Shown one piece after another: positions 26,033 through 39,900 of a stretch of DNA of 64,000 bases; position 1 is the first letter of the stretch; each line of letters starts with the position of its first letter. Origin of the DNA: Octopus sinensis. Its lineage: Eukaryota. The notes below the pieces were generated by a model. The model did no database searches and had not been told where the DNA came from. It worked only from the letters and a program-made list of their open reading frames with translations. The position numbers were made by a program, and so were the translations under genes. Location of the stretch: NCBI RefSeq assembly GCF_006345805.1, contig NC_043000.1, positions 121,520,001 through 121,584,000 of the forward strand. Reading direction: 5' to 3'.

Positions 26033-26235
26033 AATTACGGAGATGTACTAGCATAGCGAGTGACTTGATCTGAGATCGTGTGCTGGAACGAAAACAATTG
26101 CAGCGTGGAAGGTGTTTATAAGCCATTTAAGAAACACACAAAACCGTTAGGTTCACTTCAACATTTAAATTTAATTTGTCAAAATATTTTCGTCGCTTTG
26201 AGGCCGCGACCTGTTCAGTGACAAAGCTTCGTGCT
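26033..26235. mobile_element. Two-module repeat (X+Y), copy 1; probable PLE-terminal-repeat derivative
   Basis: X = AATTACGGAGATGTAC..GGAACGAAAACAAT(T)GCAGC; second copy at 42137-42310; module Y carries an HHR scaffold. Confidence 0.7.
26175..26225 (-). ncRNA. Minimal hammerhead-like fold with non-canonical core (CUGAACA)
   Basis: Minus strand: TTTGTCA CTGAACA G GTCGC ggcctcaaa GCGAC GAAA ATAT TT TGACAAA. Confidence 0.55.
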
Positions 26236-26431
26236 TTTGAATTGATAAATGTTTACACAGTAAAAATGGTAACATTAAAGCTGAAAATAACAGAAGATAG
26301 AAACGGTCTCTCTGTGTTATTCATTTAGTTTTAAGGAAGTGAAGTACTAACCATCTACAGTGGAAAGAATGAGCTTGGCACTTAAAACTGATTTACTATC
26401 TCCTAAAACTAACGAAAAATAGTTAACATAT

Positions 26432-26860
26432 AGGCGTAGGAGTGGCTTTGTGGTAAGTAGGTTGCTTACGAACCACATGGTTCTGGGTTCAGTCCCACTG
26501 CGTAGCACCTTGGGCCAGTGTCTTCTACTATAGCCTCGGGCCGACCAAAGCCTTGTGAGTGGATTTGGTAGACGGAAACTGAAAGAATCCCGTCGTATAT
26601 ATGTATCCATATATATATATATATATATATATATGTCTGTGTGTGTGTGTGTGTGTTTGTGTGTCTGTGTTTGTCCCCCAAACATCACTTGACAACCGAT
26701 GCTGGTGTGTTTACGTACCCGTAATCTAGCGGTTTGGCAAAAGAGACCGATAGAATAAGAAGTAGGCTTGCAAAGAATATGTCAATTTGCTTGACTAAAA
26801 GCGGTGCTCCAGCATGGCCACAGTCAAATGACTGAAACAAGTAAAAGAGTAAAAGAGTAA
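26432..26860 (+). mobile_element. SINE family A, full length
   Basis: Homology to the other copies. Confidence 0.9.
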
Positions 26861-27807
26861 GGAGTATATAAATGGTGTATATAAATAAAGAGAAACCGCT
26901 GTTTTAATCTCAATTAAGGTTATACTTTTTTTTTTTTGAGTAACATAACCTGTATAGTGGAAGCATACTGCTTATTAAATCCACTCAAGAATCGAATCAT
27001 GGTTCTGTAGAATACGATGGGTGAAGATCACTCTAAACAGAGGAGAATTTACACTCAGAAATGATTATACAGATATGATAACAATAAAGATAATGAGAAA
27101 TTATCTTAAAATGCAATTGCTATATGGAAACTAAAAAAGAGCAGTTATTTTATATACTACGAGAATATGTATATTTATTAGAAATAAGGAATATAAGATC
27201 AGCATATACACTAAATAGATAAATAGAAACTAATATATTTTTATTATATATTGTCATTCACTTATGCCGAAGATGCTGAATATATATGATTCGCAACGAT
27301 TTATGATATGAATTTGCAGATTATGTTTTGGCCGGAAACTTACTTTTTATTAATTTAGTATCAGTATATGTTGAATTTGTATTGCATTTTTGCTAATGAT
27401 ACTAGCAGGGCAAATTTAGTATGCTTCATATGTATTTAAATATAGTATTATGCTTCATTTGAAAGTATTTAAGCGATATTTTGTTGTTGAAGAACGAGAG
27501 ATATATAGAAATTCTCGGGAGTGATAACGTGATGGTGTTTATGATAGTGAAAGAATCATTATGTGGTTGAACAATTAGCTGCTTAATTTTAATGGACTTT
27601 CTTCGAATTTATACGTTCATTACTTTAGCTTTGCTGGTTTCAATAAATGTACACTGAAATTTGCTATATATGTGTTTACATTTTCACCTGGATTCAGCGA
27701 AGCATTTATGCATCCGGCAAATAATAGTGGATTTTGAAAGTTTTCTACCGAGTTCAATACACTTCCATCATCTTCTCCATCGAAAATTTAGCAAATCAGT
27801 AACTGTA

Positions 27808-28270
27808 TCTATTTCTTTACTACACGCAAGGGGCTAAACACAGAGGGGACAGACAAGGACAGACAAACGGATTAAGTCGATTATATCGACCCCAGTGCGT
27901 AAGTGGTACTTAATTCATCGCCCCCGAAAGGATGAAGGGCAAATTCAACCTCGGCGGAATTTGAACTCAGAACGTAACGGCAGACGAAAAACCGTGTTAT
28001 ATTTACGTAATAAATCAATACAAGCGTCGTTAAACCATATATTTTGTTATTGCCCACGAGGGGGCTAAATATAGAGGGGACAAACAAGGACAGACAAACG
28101 GATTAAGTCGATTATATCGACCCCAGTGCGTAACTGGTACTTAATTTATCGCTCCCGAAAGGATGAAAGGCAAAGTCAACCTCGGCGGAATTTGAACTCA
28201 GAACGTAGTGGCAGACGAAATACCGCGAAGCATTTTGCCCATTGAGCTAACGATTTTGCCAGCCCGCCAC
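27808..28270 (-). mobile_element. Two family B SINE units in tandem with ~60-bp intervening sequence
   Basis: Reverse complement of the family B core twice; head at ~28240-28270. Confidence 0.85.
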
Positions 28271-29289
28271 CTTAGAACTTCTGTTTATATTACCATGTCT
28301 ACAACTGAGTCCTAGGCAAGAAATGTAATGCTGCGTTAGCTAGGTCAAATCTAAGCTAGAACAGAGTCTTCACAACTGTCCATCACTTCCGAAACAGAGA
28401 TCAGATTTTTCTTGTTAATCTTAACATTACGTTCAATTTACTGAAACTCCCCTAACTCTAATTCGGAGTTTATAGCACTACTAAAATTTACATTTTCATT
28501 CCTATCTACAGATCAATTTTAACAAATTCAGAATGCACAACAGTTACCGCTTGATTTGTTTGCTCAAAACCTGTTTTTTTTTTTGTCAATGACCGTTGTC
28601 CAAGAATATAGTAGTAAACTGCAATTTATTAAATCTGTGAGATGAAACAGCTACGATAATGATGGTAATCCAAGGCGAAAGCTTACTTCCGAAACAAGGA
28701 TGAGATTCTTATCTTTCATTAGTGCCTGAGTCCCATATTGGCTATATTTCTAAAATATTGAAATTATATTGGCTAATGTATGATGTTTATGTGCTGTTTG
28801 TGTATTCTTGTAGGTAACGCATGTTATCTTTTTGTTGGAATCTCCGGTATTGACTGATATTTGTTTTCAATTCTGATTTTTAATTACTGGTTCATGAATA
28901 AGGAAATACATATCTAATTCTGAGCTGAAGTGGAGTGACCGTCTTGAATCAGACTTGAATTAGAGAGGCACGCCATTGATGAGATCATCATTAGCAATGA
29001 AAGGATTTTGACAAACCTAGCTCGTTGATTGACCGTATGATTAATCAAATAATCGGTTAGTTGATTAGCGAAATGATTAACCAACTGAGAAATAAAGTTC
29101 AATAGCATGACTGTGAGCATTTATTATTGGAAAAATAGAACTTGCTCTCAAAATGAATATACACGTTCTTCTAAGTGTTGTTGCTAAAACTGACATTTCC
29201 TGTACACTGTGTCGTTCGCTAACTTTATATATATAAACATGCAATAATTTGTGACATGATAGTATTGTGTTTTTTGTGACACCCTTCAG

Positions 29290-29786
29290 TCATGAATGAC
29301 GATGGAATTGCACCTAGAATGTTACCCTCCGAGGTACAAGTCCGGGTAAGGTTGTTTATGGAAGACCAGCAGTCACCCACGTATACCAGCCTCCCCTCTC
29401 CACGCCACCGATGTTATCCAAGGGAAAGGCAAAGGGGCCGATACAGCTTGGCACCATTGACGTCGCAGCTCATTTATTCACGTCCAAGTGGCTGAGCACT
29501 CCACAGACACGTGTACCCTTAACGTAGTATTCTCGGAGATATTCAGCATGACACAGAGTGTGACAAGGCTGGCCCTTTGAAATACAGGTACAACAGAAAC
29601 AGGGAGAAAGAGTGAGAGAAAGTTGTGGTGAAAGAGTACAGCAGGGTTCACCAGCACTCCCTGCCGGAGCCTCATGGTGCTTTAGGTGTTTTCGCTCAAT
29701 AAACACTCACAATGCCCGGTCTGGGAATCGAAACCGCGATCCTACGACCGCAAGCCCGCTGCCCTAGCCACTGAACAATTGCGCCT
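29290..29786 (-). mobile_element. Chimeric/nested family C-type SINE(s)
   Basis: tRNA-like head at 29786 (rc AGGCGCAATTGTTCAGTGGCTAGG...GGTTTCGATTCCC); body shares TTTCAAAGGGCC..GTGGAGTGCTCAGCCACTTG with 41077-41390; a different 3' module at 29290-29470. Confidence 0.7.
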
Positions 29787-30034
29787 GTACTGACATGATA
29801 GTAAACGGTTAGTAAATGGATAGTAAACTGATGGTAAACGGACAGGATGTTTCTGTTACTTTTCTTCTGATTATTTGAAATCTGACGTCAGTACCACAAC
29901 TTTCTGTTTCTCAAACTACACACATATTTGTCTCAGGAAATAGGGAGGCAAAACTAAATCTTACAAGTAAAATGTTATGAGATGTCTCAATATTCTAGAA
30001 GAATTTTTATCACATTGATATTAATAATTCGTCC

Positions 30035-30190
30035 GTCTTTACGTTCTCAGTTCAAACTCTTCCAAGGTGGACATTGCTTTTTCTCATTTCGGGGTTGATA
30101 AAATAGATACCAGTCGGAAACTGAGGTCGACGTAATCGTCTTTTCCCTCCCCTGCGAAATTTGCTGGTCTTGTGCCAAAATTTGAAACCA
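30035..30190 (+). mobile_element. Diverged family B-related SINE fragment with alternative tail
   Basis: GTTCAAACTC...CTCATTTCGGGGTTGATAAAATAGATACCAG...TTGTGCCAAAATTTGAAACC; same tail at ~21170 and ~61520. Confidence 0.6.
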
Positions 30191-30852
30191 GTCTTACGAA
30201 TTCGATTGTGGAAAAGTCAGTCATGTAATTCAACTCTACTAGCAATTCATATAGAAAACTATAATTGAAGATAACTTCGGCTATTGAAACGCTGTATGAA
30301 TAATGAGAGAAATAGGAAAATAACTAATCTAACAATACTGCTTTCTCTAAGTAAAGAGCTAATGTGTCTCTGTAATGTATTCAAATCATACTTGCGATGA
30401 TAGATTCTATGTATGAGGATGACAATTCGAAGTAGACTTTTCTATCGTTAGCACATGCTGGTACTTAATCTATATAGAAATTAAAATAGAAACTCGAAAA
30501 TTTGAAAAAAGAAAAATGAAGTTGTTGCATATCAGAATATAGTTTTGAGTGGAATCATACACGAAGAGTATGTCATGATAACAATATACACTAATTTAAT
30601 GCCATGTCACGAAGAAGATGGTGACGAAAAATTTTTTGATGACATTAACTATCATTATTGATATTGTACATTAAAAGTAATAGCTGGATTTTTTTTTTTA
30701 ATTTCTGTCCTTGTAAATTAGTTACAATTTCACAAATACCTAACATGTTTGTTCCAAAGTACTTCTGAAAAGTACTTTTCTCACTAAATTATACTAGCAA
30801 AACTGATAAACATGTACACCGACATACACGTAAATGTACATAAGAATGTGTT

Positions 30853-30901
<49 letters not shown>

Positions 30902-31462
30902 TTGTAGATGTGTGTTTGCGCATGTATATATGTATGTGTGCGTGTGTCTGCTTCTGTAAACTTGAACTAGATTGGAGTAGACAAAGGGGAGAAAAAAAAT
31001 TACTCGAAAGATTAAGTAGAATTTAGATATTTATTTTATGAAGCTGAGCTACAGCAATGGATATTTACTGAAGTACTTGAGCTTCCTGTTACCGCTCGTC
31101 AAACCAATCTTCTATACAAGTTGTCATATTATATTTACGACGAGGATGAACTCCTATAAAGCATTTAATTCTGATCGTGAGAGAACACTATTCAGTTTTA
31201 AATAACCTCAAATATTACAGACACACACACATACAAATGCATACAAACACACAAACATATTCATATATGGAAAGGAGGAGGGAGAGACACTGAGCCTCTG
31301 TCACTGGTTCTAACGTTTTTAAAATATCCAACTACAGTCGTGTCAGAAATGTATTCAGCTGTCAATTCTTTCTATACATATGCATTTTACACACACACAC
31401 ACACACTCACGCACATACACATGTACATATATATATATGTATGTATGTATGTTGTATGTATG

Positions 31463-31514
<52 letters not shown>

Positions 31515-31735
31515 TTATTTTCTTTATTTGTGAATTAAAGCTGACATTCCTTTCAAGTTACGAAATGTAGAAAATTACCCTAGTGTCTTAACAATTTTTG
31601 AAGCCGATAACATGGAGAAAAGTTTTCGCCTCCATTTTTGATAACTTTTCTTAACATGAAACCAATGGTCGCCTTAATTCACAAATAAAGAAATTATATA
31701 TCCACCAATGCGGTTTTGAGAACTCATAGCGTCGT

Positions 31736-31782
<47 letters not shown>

Positions 31783-32300
31783 GTTTGGGCGTTGGTTTGC
31801 ATGATTCTTCATGTGTGTTTGTGTGTTGAAGCATATTCTGTTGTGTCTGGAAAAATATAAAACAAATCAGTGGAAATTTTACCGCTGTGTCTGTAAAATT
31901 ACAAGACACTAAAACAGAGTGACTCTCTCCAGACACAACAATATGTGTGTATGCAATAATTATAACGATAGCGAATATGGAGACTGGTACATACTAATAA
32001 GTTATTTCCTTTCATTTTACAATGTCAAACAGCAAATATTTATGGTTAGGACAACCTACACACTTTCCACTACACAGGGCAAGTGCAGTTGCATATATAA
32101 CCGGGCATAATTTTCTGCCCAGATAATATTACCATTCGGTGAAGCGAACACAGAATACTTCATCGGCGGAATCTAACGCGTGAGTGAGAGTTCCCTAGAG
32201 TCATAGATATTAAATACTAACCGATGTGATTAGCCGTAACCTGGAACATAACTGACAGCTACCACGGTATTTGCCCGGATAATATATCCCTCTAATGAAA

Positions 32301-32531
32301 GCCGGTGAGCTGGCGGAAACGTTAGCATGCCGGGCAAAATGCGTAGCCGTATTTCACCTGCCGCTACGTTCTGAGTTCTAATTGCGCCGAGGTCTACTTT
32401 GCCTTTCATCCTTTCGGGGTCGATAAATTAAGAACCAGTTACGCACTGGTGTCGATGTAATCGAATTAATCCGTTTGTCTGCCCTTGTTTGTCCTCTCTG
32501 CGTTTAGTCTCTTGTGGGTGGTAAAGAAATA
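32301..32531 (+). mobile_element. SINE family B monomer
   Basis: Full head, core and tail homology. Confidence 0.85.
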
Positions 32532-33504
32532 TATAGCCTTCTAAAGTCACACACGCACCCGCGCACGTACCCCCCCACACACACACACATCCACACATGC
32601 ATATATTTACTTAGAACAGAGAACCTATTTTTATCTATCGCATAGTTCTGAAAATCGAAATGGCTCTGCTTGCTCAAGCGCTTATACTTTTTGGCATCCA
32701 TAATATTCCATCCTCTAACGGAGACAAGACAAGAACCCTAACATCTAACACATAAAATACAAAAAAAAAATTGTCTCTTTAAGTATACAAATATACTTTT
32801 CGAGAATAACACTAGTTGTGTATTTGCACTTATTCTTTGCAATCCATTCTTAATCAGACTTCAGATGGCTCGGTTCGTTTCTAATTGCATTCCGCTCATA
32901 TCACCACACGTTTATTTTCTGTATTTTATTGGATTATATTTTCTAAAATTTTATGAGAAACTAATGAGAACTTAGACTGTTAATTAATATCACCAGAAAT
33001 AAGATTTCATGAAAACCATTGCTTTTATTAAAATTCTAATTTTGACTATTTCATTTATATATTAACAAAATGCTGATTCTTGCTGTCATGGATATGAAGA
33101 AGAACTCGCCTAACTACCATACGAATCAGCTATATTCATTCTATTTCTACTCGGCGCCTACGCATGACGAAGTTTAACAGTTAAACATTTCTCTGTAATA
33201 TTGCCTCATGCTAAAAAATGGTGTATGCATGTATGTATGTAAGAGGTTGTGTGTGTATGTCTAGAAATGTTTCTCTGCCTGTGTGTGCGTGCGTGTATGT
33301 GAGTGTGTGTGTTTGTGTGTGTATTTTGCACAGGTTTTGCCTCTATATATGTTTGTGGGCGTGCGTTGTTCAATTGTTCTTTTACTGCTTTCTGTAATTT
33401 CATTGTGGCCGTAAATGTCTTTGTCTCGATCCTATCGGGAAGAGATTTCAGCAGCTTTTTTTTTTGTATCGAAATCTATTTGTCGAAACTTTTAATTCCT
33501 GGAG

Positions 33505-33757
33505 GTAAGTGGATGGGGCTGGACACGTCGCCAGGCTCACCAAAAATCGGCGAACCCGCGCAGTTGTCGAGGGTACCCGCGCGAGCAGAAACGACCACTC
33601 TCAAGGCCTCCACGACGGTGGAGTTACGATTTCAGGAGGGCGATTGGGATCACGCCGATGAGAGAGGCACCATCCAGGGAGGAGTGAACTGCGTGCTGTG
33701 ACCAGCGGTGTCAAATCGACGCCCGACGGACTGGTCGGTCAAGGTGATCAAGGTGAA
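33505..33757 (+). mobile_element. RTE-type LINE 3' end (5'-truncated)
   Basis: Frameshifted AGHVARLTKNRRTRAVVE / YPREQKRPL.RPPRRWSYDF; ends in the tandem tail CAAGGTGAT-CAAGGTGA. Confidence 0.8.
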
Positions 33758-34671
33758 GTGGATAGGACCTAGACTTAAAAATCGTAAATTTCCAAGAAAC
33801 GCTTCTCAAAAATTTCGTTATGGTAATTTTGTTTTGTTGTGTGTGGACAACATGATTTATTATTTTTATAACATATTAACACCAGTCAAAAGATATGATC
33901 TAAAAGCACTTGGAATAACTAATAATGGAAATAAAAAACAGAATATAGAATCAGCAAATTATAGAATCCATTTGCATATTGATTTAAGCGAAAATAAAAT
34001 CAAGTTCACATTCTTATAGCACACTTGATTCTTATTTCTCTAAACATGTGTAATGCAGCATTCCTTCTGACAATAAATTTGGGTCCGGCACCACAAAGTT
34101 GAAAACAACTCCACAATAAAATGGTGATGCGTTATAACTGACACGATAGCTACTGTCAAATATGTCGGACTAAGTAACAGAAATTGATTGTAAAGTGGTT
34201 GTATGTAAGCAGGAGAGAAGAATTATTCTTGCATTGCCTCCATGTGAAGTAATATAAGTCAAAGATGTTCCTCTATTAGTGAATTTTGAAGCATAAACCC
34301 GTTCAACCTCATAGCTTCCGGGAATTTATGAGACAGCAAGTCATTCGAGTCGCAAAATCAAGTTAAAATTTTAGAGAATCTTAAAATCAAATACATAGAA
34401 CCCTTGAGCAATACATTTTACATGCATTAAAGTAATATAAAGTAAATGAAGACTCTAACATTGAACACAGAGCTTCGTTGCCAAGCAAAATTGTCACCCA
34501 TTAAGAATTTTTATTCTAAGCTGGAAACCTGATAACACATATATTTATTTCTTGTTCGATTACAGACAGATTCTTCTGAATTGTATATTTGTACAAATTA
34601 CTGTAATGAAAAATGGCATCAACCGAAAAAAGTGCAAATACCAAAAGGATCAAAGTACAAAAAGATGCAAG

Positions 34672-34820
34672 CGTCGTTGTGTGGTAAGAAATTTGCTTCC
34701 CAACTATGTGGTTCCGGGTTCAGTCCCACAGCGGGATAACATCGGCAAGTGTCATCTATTATAGCTTCGGCCAAACCAAAGCCTTGTGAGTGGACCTAGT
34801 AGACAGAAACCGAAAGCCCG

Positions 34821-34893
<73 letters not shown>

Positions 34894-34950
34894 TGTGTGT
34901 CTGTGTATGTGTGAGTGAGTGTGTGTGTGTTTGTGTGAGTGTGTGTGTTT
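34672..34950 (+). mobile_element. SINE family A head plus (TA)n(TG)n, lacking the 3' module
   Basis: Head homology ends at AAGCCCGT, followed by microsatellite. Confidence 0.8.
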
Positions 34951-35178
34951 AAATGACTACATATTTTTAAATATTTGCGTTTTTAAATATTAAAAATTTA
35001 TATGTTTATATGCATGTATGTTTTTAATATTAATATTATTTCGAACTTTATATTGATTTAATAATGTCGAAGAAAGTACGCATATATACTAAATACTCTA
35101 TTGGATAATAGGTCATGTTCCTCTAGTTTTCCGTTTGTATTGCCTCCATTCAAATTATATATATATAATATATATATA

Positions 35179-35210
<32 letters not shown>

Positions 35211-36312
35211 GTGAGTGTGTATGTTGGGGGTGTTGACATACTCGTGAATTAGCGACTTGGCAAGGTGACAGACATAATAAGTTCCAAGTACCAATCTTAA
35301 ACACATATACTGGGGACCGTTGATTCGGCTAAAATTTTCTGAAGATGGTGCCTCAGGACAGCTGCCGTCTAATAACTGAAACAAGTAATGGATATGCAAG
35401 TATAAAAGTATCTGCGTCGTCATTGACGGTGAAAAATCAGTTGTTCGGTCAATGTCTTCACTGAATTCGTTTGTCAATGACTCTATTCCAGAGACACTTG
35501 TAGAATTACCCTAATCTCATGTAGAAGGTAGGGGACATGAGTGCATCTTACAACTGGAAATATAATTGATATACAGTCACTAGCAACAGATGCTACTAAA
35601 TGGTAGCGAACCCACAACTATGTTTTGTTGAAACAATGTCCTTAAATATTTTATCATAACAATTGTACTTACACATACATACATACACTCAAGCATACAT
35701 ATGTCTATACTTATGTGCAATATATACACCTACATGGCAATTATATAATATATATATATATGTGAGTGTGTATGTTGGGGGTGTTGACATACTCGTGAAT
35801 TAGCGACTTGGCAAGGTGACAGACATAATAAGTTCCAAGTACCAATCTTAAACACATATACTGGGGACCGTTGATTCGGCTAAAATTTTCTGAAGATGGT
35901 GCCTCAGGACAGCTGCCGTCTAATAACTGAAACAAGTAATGGATATGCAAGTATAAAAGTATCTGCGTCGTCATTGACGGTGAAAAATCAGTTGTTCGGT
36001 CAATGTCTTCACTGAATTCGTTTGTCAATGACTCTATTCCAGAGACACTTGTAGAATTACCCTAATCTCATGTAGAAGGTAGGGGACATGAGTGCATCTT
36101 ACAACTGGAAATATAATTGATATACAGTCACTAGCAACAGATGCTACTAAATGGTAGCGAACCCACAACTATGTTTTGTTGAAACAATGTCCTTAAATAT
36201 TTTATCATAACAATTGTACTTACACATACATACATACACTCAAGCATACATATGTCTATACTTATGTGCAAATATATACACCTACATGGCAATTATATAT
36301 ATATATATATAT
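35211..36312. repeat. Near-identical 551-bp tandem duplication bounded by (TA)n
   Basis: 35211-35761 repeats at 35762-36312; identical ORF starts at 35477 and 36028. Confidence 0.95.
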
Positions 36313-36320
36313 AGTATATA

Positions 36321-36399
36321 TATATATGCATATATATGTATCTGTGTTTATACATATCTGTAAGCATGTTGTATACACACACTCACGTATATATATATA

Positions 36400-36465
<66 letters not shown>

Positions 36466-36519
36466 GAGTGTGTGTATACAACATGCTTACATATATGTAT
36501 AAACACAGATACATATATA

Positions 36520-36529
<10 letters not shown>
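36321..36529. repeat. Inverted repeat with ~67-bp arms around a 75-nt (TA)n spacer
   Basis: 36321-36387 is the reverse complement of 36463-36529, with one mismatch seen. Confidence 0.9.
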
Positions 36530-36589
<60 letters not shown>

Positions 36590-38639
36590 GATATATGTAT
36601 GCATTGTACATGTTTGGATTTCCCGTCCGATTTGTTTATAGAACAATGAGTCCTTGTTTCGTTTATTTGCAACAAATTTACCGTAACCCAATCTTGAATA
36701 AATGTCGTACATATACAACCAATTCCGCTTCCTGGATTACTTTCCAATAACCAGGGCCACACAACGCTATTATTTCAAGAATAGAGGATTGTTTAGTTTT
36801 GCGTCAACTAGTACAGATTGTCCGCTTCCTCCATGTAATTGCACGCATATTTATGTCAATTGTGACTACTTTTCACTATATTCGTGGGCATTCTTGTGGC
36901 AAAACAATTTGTATTTCGAAATATCGTATGTATATGTATGTGTAAATAAACATGCTTCTCATCAAATCTCTTCCCTAGAATATGTGGCATTGTACCTATG
37001 TTGATGACAAAAGAGTTCAATCAATTTGGATTAGCTTAAAATGTTAGCAAAAGAAATTACGGCGGGTAAGAATTCAAACAAAAGAAAGCAATAAAATAAG
37101 GAGGCGAGGATGGATATTACAGGTAATTGAAGACGAACAGAAAATAATTGAAGACGAACAGAGGATAAAAGATGTTCTAGGATCGTTTATATAGAATTAG
37201 AATTGCTACTGAAGCTAATAAAAAAATGGACAGATTATTGAAAAACTAATCCTAAAATGTATATGAGAATTCTTCTAAAAGTGCGTAAATTCTGCATGAA
37301 CTGGCGCAGGTGGTACAAACTGCACAATATCAGTAGTTCTTTATTAACTCACAGCCTCGCACTCAGGTTATCCTTTTGCATTACCAGTAGATCTAGAGTT
37401 CGAATTCTCTTTGATATAGTTTAGATGTACTGTCGTACCCATCACATCAGCGATCGAGGCACCCAATTTCAATACACTTTCTGATAAGCAAAGCATTCTA
37501 TTATCATCATTAATTCATTTTGGTCCTAGGCTATATTGCAAGAAGTTCATGCATTGTGACTTGTCTGCCCCATGAAGCGTTTCCTTCTTTCAATGACGAT
37601 TCTGGTGATCCTGTTCAATTATGTAGTTTGTCTCCAATGCTGGTTTCCTCATCCTGAAATTTCTTCACGCATCTATACCCATTCATCTTCGCAATGGCCA
37701 CATATCCATAAATAACATGTAACCTCTGCTTTGTCAAAGCATCAACGGTGGTAAGTTGCTTCTGCTTGTTATCTCTTACTTCCCTACAGCGAAAAAGAAT
37801 AGGTTGAAGATTTACAATAGCAGAGGAGGTACTTTATAAACATGCGGAAATTATACAAGCCCAGTCAGTTAACATAAAATAATACTCATCTTTCGCATTA
37901 CATTAGATAGGACTCTCGTAATTTGGGAGCCACTCATTTCTGCCTTTCTTGAACGAATTGCTACATACAACAGGCAAGCCTCCTTTAACACTTACCATAT
38001 ATTATAAAATGAATAATATACGCAAATTAGTTATTACAATTTTGTGAAGTCTTTAGTAATGAGGTTACAGCACTGTGTCTGTTGTCAGTTAAAAAAGGCA
38101 TTGTCACGGAAAAAACTCCCATATGTGATTGAGTGTAACGTAGCACCTATGCAGGAAGATAGTATATATAAATTGAAGATCTTTATATTTGTCTATTCAT
38201 AAATTTGGTTTTAAAATCTATAGATTTATTCCGTGGTACAATATAGCATCAAAAGAAAAATGGTTTACATGCCACTAAATTATTTTAAAAGTTAGCTACC
38301 ACAAATCTGTAATGGATTAGGTACCTAATCGAAGTATGTTTTCTCCAGTCTTGAAAGGTGCCTAGTTAACGTGTTGAGAAACATCTAGTGCATAGGTCGA
38401 GTAATGTGTTTCAGCGGCGTGTACCTGGTTTTAAAATTTGGGGCGGTTATATACTTGTGTTAAAGACCAAGGATATACGAATTCAAAGGTTAAACACGAT
38501 GTTCACTTTTGTTTTATAGTTTCGTTTGTGACATATAACAGAAAGGTGCTGAGTAACCTATTGTCTATGAATGGTCTGTTGCGACTAAAGCTTCAATAAA
38601 CAAGTAATTCCTACTATCAACATCAAAGATTATTATTAT

Positions 38640-39327
38640 CATGTATGGTTTCCTTTCATTAAAACTCTATTACAGCTGCACTAGTACCGAGCATCCTGCA
38701 GAGGCCAAGAGTAGCAAGAGCACTTTTATTTTGCTATGCATACTAAAATTATCATCACATTTCTTCCATTTTAGATGGAGAATGCTTTCCGTAGTATATG
38801 GGCTACACCCATATACTAGGTTATATTTTGTAGTTCAAGGAGACGGGAGTTACCAGGGAGTTGCTTGATAAACCTCTATTTCTCAGCTCCCTTCTTTAAC
38901 ATTCCTAACGCACCAATTATTACTGGTATTATCGTAGTACTACATTTTCACATTTTTGTGATTTCAATTTGCTGATATGTATAGTGAGACAGATTTTCGT
39001 ATTCTTTTCTGTGGGACAGACATATCTATTAACAGACAAGTTCCTCTGCTGTAGTCCTTGATCACATTGCTTGGTCGATTGGAGTCAATTTTTCTGTGTT
39101 TTTATTGGGAAGTTCCAAAGTGTGGTGATTCCCGCGCCATTTACTACATCCTCTGGATGGTGCATGCACCACTTACCCTGGCATTTAATTTTCTACTAAT
39201 TAAAAGCATTCCAGTGGATGTACTGCCCTAGTCTGTCATGCCTTATAAGATATTCATTTTCACCGAGGACTGGGCAACCCAAAACAATATGATCAATTGT
39301 CTCTGTGAATTTTCCGCAAATACACCC
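38640..39327 (-). mobile_element. R4/Dong LINE 3' fragment (Zn-knuckle + restriction-like endonuclease)
   Basis: CGKFTETIDHIVLGCPVLGENEYLIRHDRLGQYIHW...SNRP..VIKDY..CLLIDMSVP...IPVIIGALGMLKKG...AHILRKAFSI*; short (TAA)n near 38630. Confidence 0.85.
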
Positions 39328-39334
39328 ATCATGA

Positions 39335-39900
39335 CTACCCAGATGATAAGGGTACACTAGGCACATGCATCACAGAAATATGTGCGCGACATGGTGACTT
39401 CATATCGAGATAAACAGCGTATGACCTTGCAGGTGAGGCCCAGTTAGAATTTTCTTCTGGTCGAGTAACCCATCCTGCTGAAAAGGTCCCTGAATAAGGG
39501 TTGTTTAAGGACGTTGAACGGAACACCCATGTTTCCAGAGGTGAATTATTCAAACCCCAAAGAATCCCTCTCAAAACAAGGCTATGATGCTCCCCCACTA
39601 CTTCTGCTCGTGATCAGAGATGTACATATCATCAGCCACTAAGCGACATGCTCGGCTGGTTAAGGTCAAGCAAATCTGTGGTATTGAGCAGAATATTTGC
39701 TGTAGGCCATCTTTTATACCAAGACAAAACAATGTACATGATAACACTTCCAATCAGTTAAGATCAGAAGCCACGAGAGCCACTGCCTGGCAATGCACCA
39801 GGGCATTTATTATTATTATTATTGTTGTTATTATTATTGTTGTTGTTGTTGTTGTTGTTGTTTTTGTCTTTGTTGTTGCTATTATTATTATTATTATTGA
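39335..39900 (+). mobile_element. Unclassified ~470-bp GC-richer interspersed element ending in an (ATT/GTT)n tail
   Basis: Composition shift and abrupt end in a trinucleotide run at 39808; single copy in the window, so family unproven. Confidence 0.4.

Noticed and set aside
33500-33760. GC-rich island with a perfect GAG|GTAAGT donor (possible promoter, first exon or horizontal transfer)
   Set aside because: Explained as an RTE LINE 3' end (GHVARL...RPPRRW plus tandem tail)
38768-38870. Plus-strand acceptor TTTTAG|ATGGAG and short ORF
   Set aside because: It is the antisense strand of the R4/Dong endonuclease C-terminus
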